A stretch of DNA of 64,000 nt from the NCBI RefSeq assembly GCF_006345805.1, contig NC_042998.1, forward strand, positions 164,052,001-164,116,000, given 5' to 3'. This stretch comes from Octopus sinensis (Eukaryota). Made by a program: the position numbers and the translations under genes. Position 1 is the first letter of the stretch, and the number at the start of each line of letters is the position of its first letter. Under the pieces are notes generated by a model, which was given only the letters and a program-made list of their open reading frames with translations, had not been told where the DNA came from and ran no database searches. Below are positions 22,794 to 35,220 of this stretch, piece by piece.

Positions 22794-24044
22794 TAATTTG
22801 GTGTAATATTACAGAATACCAATAAACTTATCGGGGCAGCTAAGGAAATTCTACTGGCTCACTAGAGTTGCTAGAAATAAGAGTTAAATCTTCCTAAGAT
22901 GACCTTCTCCTCACCATCATTTTAAAAGAAGGAAGAACACAAAGCTGTTTTATGCAGCACCCTTCTCTCTGCCAAAGATAGATTGCTCACAGCTAAACCC
23001 CGTGTGCAGTTTGTCTTTTCGAGTTGTACTCTGATTTTCAGAGCTGGTGTGGTGCTAAACAATATCGACGACTGCTACATCAACAAGAAGAAATATATTT
23101 ATTTTAACTAACAATTACAGAAATAACCTGGTTTTACAAATTAATATCTACAGAGACGTCTATTCTTTCGAAAAGTACAAAGAATATTAGTCGATATGGG
23201 TTTTTGTGATGCTTAGTGTTGTTGTTAATAATATCGATAGCATAGCTTGTCAGAAATATTTATTTATATCAAATATTTTCAATGAAAAATAATTAAATAC
23301 GTATTTTGCACAGATCCTGTCAAAAAGACTGTTCTGAAATATATTATTTCGTAAGTATGATAGACTGATTGAACATGCTGTTTATTAAGCTATAACTCAG
23401 CGTGAATTAATTAAAAGTGATTCAAATAGCTAAAATTGTTGTAAAAATTGGTCACGGACTTTATCGAATGAATGCAAAATGATTTATATTTATTCATTGA
23501 AATATAATCAAAACTTAATTTGTAATAAGATTCTATATTCTGATAGTTTACAAACGGAAAGGAAAGGTTTACACTTACCCACACATTCACCAAATATACG
23601 GATACATTTATTCATTCAATAATAATGTGTAGATAAGTAGTGAGAATTAATTTTGTTGAAACAAATTCTGAAAGTAAAGTCATATTTGTAAAATAACATC
23701 ATAATAAACTAGCAAACGGCGCATGCATTAATCCCTTAATGAAGTTCCTTAATACCGGCAATAGCTGTCCGCAGTAACGTCCCCAGAATGTTTCAACGAT
23801 GGAAAAGTTAAAAATTAAAATGTAAACCGATATGCAATAGGTTCTAAATCGAAGTTTATTGTGTGTAGTATGCCTGTAAATCAAATAGTGAATTTTCAGG
23901 TTTATCGTTACGAAATAATTACGTGATTATCTAAGTGAAAATATTGTAGATAGCAAGTAAAGGTACCGCCTTATAAACAGTAGTTTACGTTTAAATCTCA
24001 GGTTTATCAATTTACGATTAACATATATTTCAGGGAAGTCGGTG

Positions 24045-24240
24045 AACTGGCAAAACCGGAAAAAATATTTAGGGGACACCTCTTCCAACATTACGCTCTG
24101 AGCTGAAATAGTGCTGAGGTCAACATTACCTTTCATCCTTTCGATAAAATAAGTACTAATTGAGCACTGGGGTCGATGTAATCAATTAGTATCACCTCCC
24201 CTGAACTTGCTGGTCTTGTGCAAAAAATTTGTAACCAATA
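24045..24240 (+). mobile_element. SINE family B, diverged
   Basis: ggtgaactggcaaaa...cctttcatcctttcgataaaataagtac...ctggggtcgatgtaatc. Confidence 0.7.
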
Positions 24241-24762
24241 CATATTTCAGGTTCTATAAATTGGGTAGTTGATTTCGAATTAATGTACGATGTATAATCC
24301 TTAAAAAAGTAAAAAGAGCTTAAGAAAAAATTATTGTTCATTCCACAAAAATTGTGTTGTAAGTTGATGAGGAATTAAAAAAATATTTTTTCTTTTTTTC
24401 TTTGTAAAATCTCAGAAAATAATTAAAAATTCACATTTTTTATCACATTTGTCTAGCTATCCAACGGTAAATATTTGAAATATTTCACTAACTTGTTATA
24501 TCTTGGCAAAAGGGTACATTTTTTGCCAAAAATTGCTAAATTTGTTCCCACAGTCTTCTTTATCCACAACCAGAATCGTAAACTTTCTCTTGAAAATATT
24601 TCAAACTAGTCAAAGTGGAGAGTTTGACAGAGACAGATTTGGGAAGAGATGACTTCATTTCTCTGTTAGAAATGCTTTAATCACTTAATACTTTCAAGCA
24701 AATCATTTGCAACACGTAGACGTATTATGAATAATTTGGTTTTGTTGATTATATGTATAAAC

Positions 24763-25415
24763 TATAGAGGTGGTACCCAAAAGTAACCGGAAACGTTCGC
24801 TGTGGGACAAGCCCATTGTAGTTCAGGTTTCCGCCGCAGGAAGCCACATGATGCGACCCTCAGGTATCAGTCTGCCGACTGGTGTCGTCAATTGAGGACG
24901 TAATGCCACGTTGTGCGTCTTTGTTTTGCAGTGCTTCTCCCCTGTTCGTCGATTTTTTCGATGGCTGAAATGAAGGAACAGCGTACTCCCGTGAAATTCT
25001 GCTATCGGCAGCCGAAACAGTTGTCATACCTCAAACAGATTACAAGGATGCTGTCATAAGCAAAGCACAAGTTAATGAGTGGTTACGAGTGGTTTAAGAA
25101 TGGTCACTTGTCGCTTGAAGACCAACCTCGTTCGGGACGACCGTCGGTCTCACGAACGAATGAAAACATCATGAAAATTCATGAACTGGAGGACCGTCAC
25201 CAAACAACTGATGAGCTTGTTGATATGATGAGTGATGTCTTTTAACAACGGAGGCATTAAAAGACATCACTTCGCAAGAGTCCAATACTGCTTCAAACAG
25301 TGGAAAAAGTGCTTCAAATGGAGAATATTTTTAAGACGATAAATGTTAACATGTAAAGCTAAGTGAATAAACTAATATTTCAAAACTTCGGTTTCTTTTG
25401 GGTACCCCGCTCATA
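24763..25415 (+). mobile_element. Internally deleted mariner element
   Basis: TIRs gaggtggtacccaaaagtaaccgg and cggtttcttttgggtaccccgctc; N-terminal MAEMKEQR..VKFC...FKNGHLSLEDQPRSGRPS joined to C-terminal CFKQWKK..GEYF. Confidence 0.85.
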
Positions 25416-25666
25416 CAAAGAGTAGGATATTGTGATACTGAAAATATATGATTCATATAAAGAGGTGCACTTTTTTTTATTAATGAGGGGGGAATAGAAG
25501 ACGGGGAGAGAAAAGGAATGCGACTCGCTCAAATGAAAGTGACATATATATGAAAAATTGAGTGTCATATGAAATGCCCTTCACTATCCGAGTAGATCTT
25601 AAAAAACAAACTCCAAACTCCATCTCTGGTCACCAGCAGGTTCTGAAACTGGAAGAAGTTCGTCTT

Positions 25667-25730
<64 letters not shown>

Positions 25731-25734
25731 GTGT

Positions 25735-25775
<41 letters not shown>

Positions 25776-25822
25776 TGTGTGTGTGTGTGTGTGTATGTGG
25801 TGTGTGGTGTGTGTGTGTGTGT

Positions 25823-26170
25823 AGGTGTAAGGGCGGCTGTATTGTAAAAATATTGTTTCCCAGCCGCATGCTTCCGGGTTTAGTCCCACTGCATGGCCCC
25901 TTGAGCAAGTATCTTAGGCCGACCGAAACCTTGTGAGTGTATTTGTTAGCTGGAAACTGAAAGAAGCCCCTCCTATATATATAAATATATATATATACAT
26001 ATGTATGTATTTGTGCGTCTGTGTGTGTGTGGTCCCCACCATCGCTTGACAACCGGTGTTGGTGTGTTTTCGTCCCGTTAACTTAGCAGTTTGGCAAAAG
26101 TGACCGATAGAATAAATACCAGGCGGCGCTCCGGCATGGCTGCAGTCTAATGAGTGAAACAAGTACAAAA
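25823..26170 (+). mobile_element. SINE family A
   Basis: ggtttagtcccactgcatggccccttgagcaagt...ggaaactgaaagaagccc...gcttgacaaccggtgttgg...gtgaaacaagta. Confidence 0.8.
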
Positions 26171-26503
26171 AAAGACATATCAATCTATGCATACATACAA
26201 CAAACATACATACATACGTACATACATACATACATACATACATACATACATACATACATACATACATACGTACATACATACATACGTACATACATACATA
26301 CATACGTACATACATACATACATGCATGCATGCATGCATACAAATATATAACTGAACACGAAGCAGTCATCAAGCTTCTAAAATAATCTCAACAAAACAC
26401 CAAACTGAAAAAGTCAGCTTTAAATACTTAATGCAATATATGCGTTTGCCAAGAGACATAAAAGTTAAAGTATTGTATATTTGCTTGCCTATTATATATA
26501 TAT

Positions 26504-26552
<49 letters not shown>

Positions 26553-26575
26553 GTATATGTATAGGTATATATATC

Positions 26576-26615
<40 letters not shown>

Positions 26616-26662
26616 TATATATATAATACTCTTATATATATATATATATATATACATATACA

Positions 26663-26716
<54 letters not shown>

Positions 26717-26950
26717 CACGCATATGTGTAACGGTTGAAGCCTATGCTGATTGTATACAGGAAAGCCACCCATGATTGTTGAAAGATGGCTGAATGCTTT
26801 GTTGTTTGTTTGGTTGGCAGGAAAGATGGCTGAATATGGGCGGGATACTGGTGGTTTGAATGATTGTTTACCGTGTCCTTTGGTGTCGCAAATAGATAAG
26901 TTTTGCCATGTGTGATTCTATAGGTGCATGTATGTATGTATGTATGTATG

Positions 26951-26981
<31 letters not shown>

Positions 26982-27031
26982 GCACGTATGTATGTAGGCA
27001 TTTATGTATATCTATATTTCTCCGTCTGTGC

Positions 27032-27063
<32 letters not shown>

Positions 27064-27102
27064 TTATCTCTACTTGAATGTGTGTGCATATAATATATAT
27101 AT

Positions 27103-27184
<82 letters not shown>

Positions 27185-27310
27185 TGAAAATATGTATGTT
27201 CGTACGTATATAATATACATATATATATACGCGTGTGTGTGTGAGTATACACTTATATATGTTTGCATACACACACACAAACTCTTACACACATACACAA
27301 ACACACACAG

Positions 27311-27345
<35 letters not shown>

Positions 27346-27409
27346 AAATTAATAGAATGAGATAAAAACTCAAGGCTGTGAAAGATTTCAGAACATTTAT
27401 AAAGAGAAA

Positions 27410-27457
27410 GTCTTACAGCTGTTTCCGAGATGTTTTATATATCCTTTCATCGGAGAC
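27410..27457 (-). ncRNA. Minimal type I hammerhead-ribozyme-like motif, degenerate
   Basis: Minus strand gtct-ccgatga-aaggatatataaaacatctcg-gaaa-cagctg-ta-agac: stem I gtct/agac, core CCGAUGA..GAAA, palindromic stem III acagcugu, GUA site. Confidence 0.55.
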
Positions 27458-27682
27458 GGTGCGAGAAAATGGTTAAGCAATAGTTATTCTAGAGAAGATA
27501 TGAAACAGAGAGTGAAGTGGAGGTATGAAGAACAGACGTGAGATGTGCAGGGATATTGCATCTGAAGTTCCATTCTGCTTGAATAATGGAACTGCAGATG
27601 CAATATCCCTACATAGTGCTCAGAGCGAGATCGGCCGGCTTCCACATAGAAGGCATGTTTGTAGTATTAGAGATGCTTAAGT

Positions 27683-27900
27683 AAGGCGGCGAGCTGGCAG
27701 AATTGTTAGCATGCTGGACGAAATGCTTAGCGGTATTTCGTCCATCTTGAGTTTCAGAGTTCAAATTCCACCGGGGTCGACTTTGCCTTTCATCCTTTCG
27801 GGGTCGATAAATTAAGTACCAGAGAAACACTGGAGTCGATTTAATCGACTAGTCTCCTCTCCACAAATTTCAGGTTTTGTGCCTTTAGTAGAAAGGATTA
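27683..27900 (+). mobile_element. SINE family B, full length
   Basis: ggcggcgagctggcagaattgttagc...gtcgactttgcctttcatcctttcggggtcgataaattaagtacc...gtagaaaggatta. Confidence 0.9.
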
Positions 27901-27914
27901 TTTTTGTTTGTTCC

Positions 27915-28145
27915 TTCTCGATCCACGCCAGGCTCATAGGGCCGGTTTCCCGGTTTCCTTGGCGTATATGTTCCCCACATGGATGGGACGCCGGTCCGTC
28001 GCAGGTGAGCTGCAAGATGCAGAAGGAAAGAGTGAGAGAAAGTTTTTGGCGAAAGAGTCAGCAGAAGTTCGCCATTATCTTCCTTCTGCCGGAGCCGCGT
28101 GGAGCTTAGGTGTTTCGCTCATAAACACACACATTTCCCGGTCTG
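27915..28145 (-). mobile_element. SINE family C variant lacking the head
   Basis: gccaggctcatagggccggtttcccggtttcc...gggacgccggtccgtcgc...gagcttaggtgtttcgctc. Confidence 0.7.
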
Positions 28146-29014
28146 TAGCAAAGCAGCCAATAGACTCTGCACTATTTGAGTGGATACCACAAACTAGCGA
28201 TCGAAATTCGTTCCGAGATGACTCGAGTACACGGTACTGAAGTGCCTCAAAATAAAACGAAATGTCGATATCCACCATAAAACCGATTTTATTTGTTTCT
28301 TGTATCAAAGAGGAAGAGTGATGTAGTTTCAGAGAAAAGGAAGTAATTGAATGCGGGGTGGGATAGAGGTGGGTGGAATTAAATCTTGGAATAAGCTGTT
28401 GTGGGTTTAAATTTTTAAAACAATTGTGCACATACAATTATCTATCGCAAAACAAAGCAAAATATACGAAACAATATTTTTGAAAAAATATTAATTCTAA
28501 ATGGCTACGTTTATCGAGTGGCAATTATTGGCAACGTTACCCGTTAGAGAAGTTAGAGAGAACTGCGAACACCACAGAGAAAGAATAAGAGGGAACTGGT
28601 TATGTTTTATAAATGACAAGCAGAGAAAGAGTGAGGGTGAGAGAGTAAAAGTTGTATGTATCACACAACCGAAGGAGTCGACGACATAAATATTATATAA
28701 ATTTTTTTACTATACAAAATAGATACGAAAACTGACATTTTTATAGTTGAGTAAAATATTGAAAATGAGCTTCAGATGTAAAATCCGTACATAAAAAATT
28801 CATTATTCAGATATTTGAGATTTTTTAGAGCAAAAATATGAATACAATACACTATTGAGGTAAAAGAAATATAATTAATTGTAATTATTATGATATTTTT
28901 ATTGGTCTGTTGTAACGTTATCGCGTTGAAGCTGACAATTTCACATAAATTGACTGTATTAGTAATCTATAAGATTGAATCTCCAATTTTCTAAACGATT
29001 TTAGTAAACTGCAA

Positions 29015-29290
29015 TCATGGCTGTGTGGCTTAGAAACTCACTTTGCAATCATATGCTTTCGAGTTCCATCTCACTGCAGGGCACCTTATGTAAGTGTCAT
29101 CAGCAATAGCAGACAAATGTGAATGAATTTAGGAAACGGGAACTATGTCGTATGTATATATGATATATCTTTTCTTTTACTTGTTTCAGTCATTAGACTG
29201 CGGCTATGCTGGAACATCGCTTTGAAGAACTTTTAGTTGAATGAATCTACTTAATTTTGTTAAGCGTGGTACTTATTCTATCGGTTCTGA
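29015..29290. mobile_element. SINE A head (+, 29015-29150) next to a SINE A tail (-, 29170-29290)
   Basis: tggctgtgtggcttag...gagttccatctcactgc; ttttacttgtttcagtcattagactgcggctatgctgg. Confidence 0.6.
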
Positions 29291-29294
29291 AATT

Positions 29295-29480
29295 TTGGGA
29301 GGCGGGGAAAAGTCGATTACATCGACTCTAGTGTTTCACTGGTACTTATTTTATCGACTCCAAAAAGATGAAAGGCAAAATCGACCCCTGCGGAATTTGA
29401 ACTCAGAACGTATAGACGGTCTATATGCTGCTAAGCATTTTACCCGGCGTGTTAACGATTCTGCTAGCTCATCGCCTTGC
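29295..29480 (-). mobile_element. SINE family B
   Basis: ggtacttattttatcgactcc...atgaaaggcaaaatcgacc...gattctgctagctcatcgcc. Confidence 0.8.
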
Positions 29481-29551
29481 CATTATACTTATGATACTTT
29501 TTGTTAGTTGTTTGGTCACTCTAAATATCTATCATTATTTCATATGTAATA

Positions 29552-29752
29552 AGGCGGCAGCTGGCAGAATCATTAGCGCGGTAGACCAAATGCTTAGCGG
29601 TTTTTCGCACATCACTACGTCCTAAGTTCAAATTCCGCCGAGGTCGTCTTTACCTTTCGAGGTCGAAAATAAGTACCAGCGAAACACTGGGGTCGATGCA
29701 ATCGACTATTCTCCCAAATTTCAGGCGTTTTGCCTATAGTAGAAAGGATTAT
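29552..29752 (+). mobile_element. SINE family B, inverted partner of 29295-29480
   Basis: ggcggcagctggcagaatcattagc...aaattccgccgaggtcg...gtagaaaggatta. Confidence 0.8.
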
Positions 29753-29984
29753 TTCATATAGAATTAATATGTAATATCTGATATGAATTAATAATTAAGT
29801 GACCTTATTTATTTTCTTAAATTTTATTTCAATATATTAAATATTTTAATTTTTGAACATTTGTATTAATTTTATTTTGTAAAAGCACCATGAAATATGA
29901 AAAAAGTGCAATTCATAATTAATGCAACTATGTAACATTACTGCATTCCTTTCATATCTCATCATACAAGGGGTAACTCTTCCT

Positions 29985-30204
29985 TACGAGGGGATTCTGA
30001 AAAGTTCCTTTTTTTAAGGGTGTCACGAAAGGCCTGGCTGGAAGTCCAACATTCCGAGTTCTTTTACAGAGCTTAGAAAAACTGGCGAACCACTGCAATA
30101 AGTATGTGAATCTAAGAATGGAATATGTTGAATAAAATCATAACTGACTGATTCTCTTGTATTTTCTTTTATCCAAAGCCAAGAACTTTTCAGCACCCTT
30201 CGCA
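29985..30204 (+). mobile_element. 220-bp mariner-derived MITE
   Basis: TIRs tacgaggggattctgaaaagttcct and aagaacttttcagcacccttcgca; retains C-terminal codons LEKLANHCNKYVNLRMEYVE*. Confidence 0.8.
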
Positions 30205-31424
30205 TATTCATTTAATGATAAGTGAATTGAACAAGACTAGTTCTTTTGCATTCATCAGAGCGTAATGAATTTTTCGGGAGTGTAACAGCATTATCCCTGT
30301 AAGTATAATTTATCATTAAATAACTCTATATAACCTTTACTTGATGCTTTGAGTTACTAATTAACTAGATAGTCAAATCATTAATGGTAAAAATATTTTG
30401 TTATACTAGTCATATTGTTACACTGGTCATATTTTGCCAGTTAGACACACGCACTTTTGGTCTTCACCTGAGCTTTATTATTATAATTCTAGTTTAGATA
30501 GAGAGTTGCTGAAGAGGTCACAGGATGTGTGACGAAGGAGCTTGAAAAGAAACTCGAAACAATAATAATAAAGCTGAAGTGAAGACCAAATACATAGTGC
30601 GTGTGTTTAATTGGAAAAATATGACCATCTCCAAGTATAACAATATCTTTTTCAACACATAATTTCATGTCAAGAATTTTGCAAAGAATTTTGCAAAACT
30701 AACAAAAAGTATCATAAGTATAATGGCAAGGCGATGAGCTAGCAGAATCGTTAACATATAGTAAATAAAGAAACATATAGTAAATAAAGAAATAGACAAA
30801 CACTTTTTTGCATTACACGTTTTACTGATGACTCTTCATAAATAGATAAACAGCTGAAGTGTTATTTATATGTGATTGGAAAAGTGGGAGGGAGGGACAA
30901 AAAGAAATATATTTACTCTTTTTTTGCCCAGTCAGCATCTCTGATACTTAAAACAAAGAAATCCAGCGAATGAGTTGGTAAAAACAAGTCCATATTCGAA
31001 GTATTTACTTATTCGTTCCTGTAATTCAGGACCTAATTTGAGTTGTGCTACTTTCTCGACTTTTACTTATAAAACAATTGGGTGTACTCTTATCGAAATT
31101 TGGCTGTAGCTTCTGCTAGGTCCGCCTGCCGTTTAGTTGCTCCCACGATGGTTTATTCGTAAGAAAGTAGATTAACATTTGAACGTGATATATTTCTAGC
31201 ATAACATGGTACCATAGAGAGATCTCCTTTGTTGGCACTTCCACTCATTCCAATACAGATATATGAGACAGTAGCAGGTACTTTGAAGGAGATTATGTTG
31301 TATTTTCAACGCAGTTTCGCCATCATACAGAAGTACCACCTCGTTGGCTCATGCATACATACATATATACATATATATAAATACACACACGCATGCGCAC
31401 ACACACACATATGTATGCATATGT

Positions 31425-31700
31425 ATATGTGGCATAGTGGTTAGGGGTGTGGTACCTACGAGTGTGAGATTGTAGTTTCGGTTCTCATACCGGCTGCACG
31501 TTGTGTTCTTGAGCAAATCATTTCACTTGAATAAGCTTTAGTTCCCTTCGATGTAACTCTGCGATGGACTAGTCTTCCAATCACGGGGGATATTGGCCCT
31601 CTTGCCTAGCCAGTGTGGTGACATCATTCAAAAGCTAAAGTGATGCAAGCGCATTGTAACCAGCGATGTATGACAACACCCGATAATCTGATCGATACAG
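31425..31700 (+). mobile_element. SINE family C variant
   Basis: gtggcatagtggttaggg...gtttcggttctc...gttgtgttcttgagcaaatcatttc...gcgatggactagtc. Confidence 0.7.
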
Positions 31701-31740
31701 TAACACACACAGACACACACACATATGTATCAACAATAAC

Positions 31741-32061
31741 ACAGCTGTTTCAGGCGTGTTCTTTATTTATGAACAAAACTGTTACATCATGCAGAAAAAG
31801 CAAAAAAAAAAAGAAGTTTTCTTCAGGTGAATAAAGAGGCAATTTAACGCTTAAACTTTATCACAAAATAGCACAGTGCAAAATGACCCTACCAAGCAGG
31901 TTACAGCCAATGCCTGGTTGGTAGATTCATTTTGGACTTAATTCTATTTTGCGATGAATTCTAAGTGTTAAATTTTCTCTTTATTCACCTAAAGAAGACG
32001 TTTTTTTTTGCATGATGTAACACATTTGTTCATCAGTAAAGGACACACTTGAAACAGCTGT
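31741..32061. repeat. Imperfect palindrome, ~155-bp arms, 12-nt loop
   Basis: acagctgtttc...ctaccaagcagg-ttacagccaatg-cctggttggtag...gaaacagctgt. Confidence 0.85.
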
Positions 32062-33970
32062 AGTAAACCTCAACTCATCTAAGTTATTGTTTATTTTTCA
32101 CCTAACTCGGAACCTTCTATACTTCTGGATGTGGGGCCTATAGTCGACAGTGGAATACGTACTATGCGTATACTCCTGTGTGGCTTTGAGACCACGCTGT
32201 ATATTTTCTCAGTGCTTGTGAATGAGTGTATAATTGGAACGACAAATCTGTATTTACTTTAGTAAGTACGTATATGCCAGTACACATTGTTAGTGAACTG
32301 TTGCGCTACCTCTGACTCTGCCTTGGCGTTTTACTTTTCTATTTAAATACCTGACTCTATTGGATCCTGAAAATGTTATTATATATTCAAAAGAAAGAAA
32401 ATAAAATGTTATTCGAGGGAGGTTTTGGCTGCTACTGTTAGTAGGTTTAACCACCATCTTGTGGCTGTCTTGTTATTGTATGAATTTATGTCAGATCTTT
32501 TGACCGGAAATGAAAGACAATAATAAATAGATTCATGTGAGAGAATGTTGAGAAAGCAAATAATTAGGTAAAATGTTCAAGAATACGAAATAAATAATAA
32601 AAAAATAAGCAAATGAAACTAAACACTTTGTTACTTTATATATCAAAATAGATATATGATGTGGCGATTGTGGCCGACTCGTATTGTACTTATTGAATAA
32701 GATACTAAAAGCACAAAGATACCTACAACTAACATCTTCCTCTCTCTTTATATACACACACATACACAGGTACACACATACGTACAGAGGAAAGAAAGAA
32801 AGAGAGAGAGAGAGAACTGGAGAGATAAAGAGAGAGAACGGGAGAGAGAAAGAGAGATAAAGATAAATAGATAGATAGTGTGTGAGAGAGAGAGGAGAGA
32901 TAGATAGATAAGGAGAGAGAGAGAGAGAGAAGAGAGAGAATGAGAAAGAAGAGAGAGAGAGATAAGCATTGGCAGATGTAACATATGAAGTTACTGTTTC
33001 AAAATAAAATTTATATTTTTCTTTATACTAGTATATATAATCATTTTTCTTCACTCTACTGAACAATTCACCAGCGAGAGTGCATGATAATCACCTTTCT
33101 TTCACTTCTCGTGCTCACGCTCCCAGTTTTTATATATACTCGCGACTGGGAAAGTCTGAGTTTTGCTGCAACGGAGCTTTGTTTCGTAGTTTTTTTTTTC
33201 CCTTTTCCATGTTATGTCGCATGCTTTCAACAAATGTGACATCGAAATCACGCGTAAACGGCTCCTTTCCCCCCAAAAGAAAAGATTGTTACTTTTTGCA
33301 CGTCCTGTTACCACGTAGAAATAGCAGCCAAATCTATAGAGGTGAGATATATTGAATGCACACGAAAAAAACTATTGAAAAAATTATTTCAAACCGAAGT
33401 TACGAACGCGTCTTTTACGAAATATTTACCGTATTTTTAAAGTCATTTTCACTTTAAAATGTTTTTTAAATGCCTCCCCTCAAAATTTTTGTAATGGTAT
33501 TCACTTGAAAATAGTTTAAAAAATATTAAAATAGTGTCTGTTAAAGAAAGCTAAAATAAAAATGTTTACTGTACAAACAACTTACATTTTTGAAATCACA
33601 TTCACTTAAAAATATTTCTAAATGATTAAAATATGGTGGTTAACAAGTTAAAATAGAAACATTTACAGTAAAAAAACAAAACTTATTTTTTCGTTGTCAA
33701 GCCACTGTGACTAATCGAAAGGTAAGCGTTTGTTTCTTTTCAGGATTAAGTTAATTTCGGAGAATTTTCCCATTATGCACCGTTTTGGGTATTTACACCC
33801 CGAAAACCCCTAATATCTCAAAATCCACTAGTCCAATTTACGCGAAATTTGTTATACTCCGTTCGTATTTACATTTCAGGTGAAACTTAATTCATAGTAT
33901 TTTCCCATTATGCGCCAGTTTGGCTGGGTAACACTGCAAGTAAGCAAGCTAGATTCAAGCAGACTTTCAA

Positions 33971-34020
<50 letters not shown>

Positions 34021-34024
<4 letters not shown>

Positions 34025-34773
34025 GCTATTGGCTTCAACACAGACTCTGATGACTTTAGAATCTCCTGAAACTCTTCTGGAAGGTCTCCTTGTATAAGTT
34101 GGTGAATGCTGTCATAATCCTTGCCTTCAGTTCATCTTTGGTGTTACATGGAGTTTTGTTGGTCTCTCACTCAAATGCGCCCCACACATAATAAGCAAGG
34201 GATTTGCAGTCTGGGGAGTTAAGTAACCAGATGTTAGGGGTGATGTCGTCGCAAAAATTGTCTGACAGCTATGACTGGGTCCTCTTGCTTGTGTGGTATG
34301 GTGAAGAGTCCTGTGCCAGACATACGGTCTTCCAGCAGCCAGCCTCTTGACCCAGGGCTGCACTACCTCCTCCAGGCACTTGATGTAGACCTCCGTGTTG
34401 AGTGTGAAGCTCTGTGGGAAGGTGAATGGAGGCATAACGTCGTCATCACTAATTATCACCCCCAATCACCATGATGTTGACTGAATGTTTGATTTTTATC
34501 ATTCTCTCTACATGTCCTCAAGTTGCACTACCCTCAGATTGACATCCAAACACTGAAATGTTCGTATTAGAGCTTCCGGCGCGAATGCCAAGTAGTACAG
34601 CATGTCGTTTACAAATTTTTGGCAGAGTGAATTGCGACATGGTGCTGTTTTTCTCACAGACGGTGCCCAACTGACCCTACAATAATTTGTAGTCGACAAA
34701 ATAAAAACAAAACACAATGCGCATGCACGAAATAAAAAAAATATAAAATGGCAACAATTTACGCATCGCACCC
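34021..34773 (-). mobile_element. maT/DD37D-type (Bmmar1-like) transposon remnant, internally deleted
   Basis: Terminal gggtgcgatgcgtaaattgttgcca plus TA; RHAVLLGIRAGSSNTNIS joined to GVIISDDDVMPPFTFP...YIKCLEEVVQPWVKRLAAGRPYVW and KDELKARIMTAFTNL. Confidence 0.8.
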
Positions 34774-34777
34774 TATG

Positions 34778-34945
34778 AGTGGTTGTGTGATAAGTTGCTT
34801 GCTTACCAACAACATGGTTCCGAGTTCAGTCCCACTGCGTGGCACTTTGGGTAAATGTCTTCCACTTTAGCTTCGGGCAGATCAAAGCCTTTTGAGTGGA
34901 TTTGGAAGATGGAGATTGAAAGAAACACCTCGTATATATATATAT

Positions 34946-34978
<33 letters not shown>

Positions 34979-35161
34979 CATACATATATGTGTGTGTGTT
35001 TCTGTGTCTGTGTTTGCCCCTCCCCCACCAGTTCGGCATAGGAGACCGATAGAATAAGTACTAGGCTTACAAAGAATAAGTCCTAGGGTAGATTTGCTAG
35101 ACTAAAGGCGGTGCTCCAGCATGGCCGCAGTCAAATGACTGAAACAAATAAAAGAATTAAA

Positions 35162-35162
<1 letters not shown>
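34778..35162 (+). mobile_element. SINE family A, full length
   Basis: gagtggttgtgtgataag...gagttcagtcccactgcgtggc...ctaaaggcggtgctccagcatggccgcagtcaaatgactgaaac. Confidence 0.85.

Positions 35163-35220
<58 letters not shown>

Noticed and set aside
30822-30865. ctgatga-N15-taaacagctgaa resembling the 27410 motif
   Set aside because: GAAA and NUH positions are both mutated and stem I is not adjacent; cannot be told from chance
23041-32261. Other plus-strand exon-like units (23041 AGVVLNNIDDCYINKK; 32213-32261 LVNECIIGTTNLYLL) and minus-strand ones near 28300 and 52000
   Set aside because: Splice-like motifs occur on both strands at a rate compatible with chance; phases could not be chained and no peptide was recognised
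33700-33880. Strong donor aag|gtaagc followed by strong acceptors
   Set aside because: The nearest donor-acceptor distance is only 22 nt, too short for an intron, and no coherent frame was found
34045-34090. ctgatga...gaaa hammerhead-like spacing
   Set aside because: No stem II or stem III pairing; lies antisense within maT transposase coding sequence
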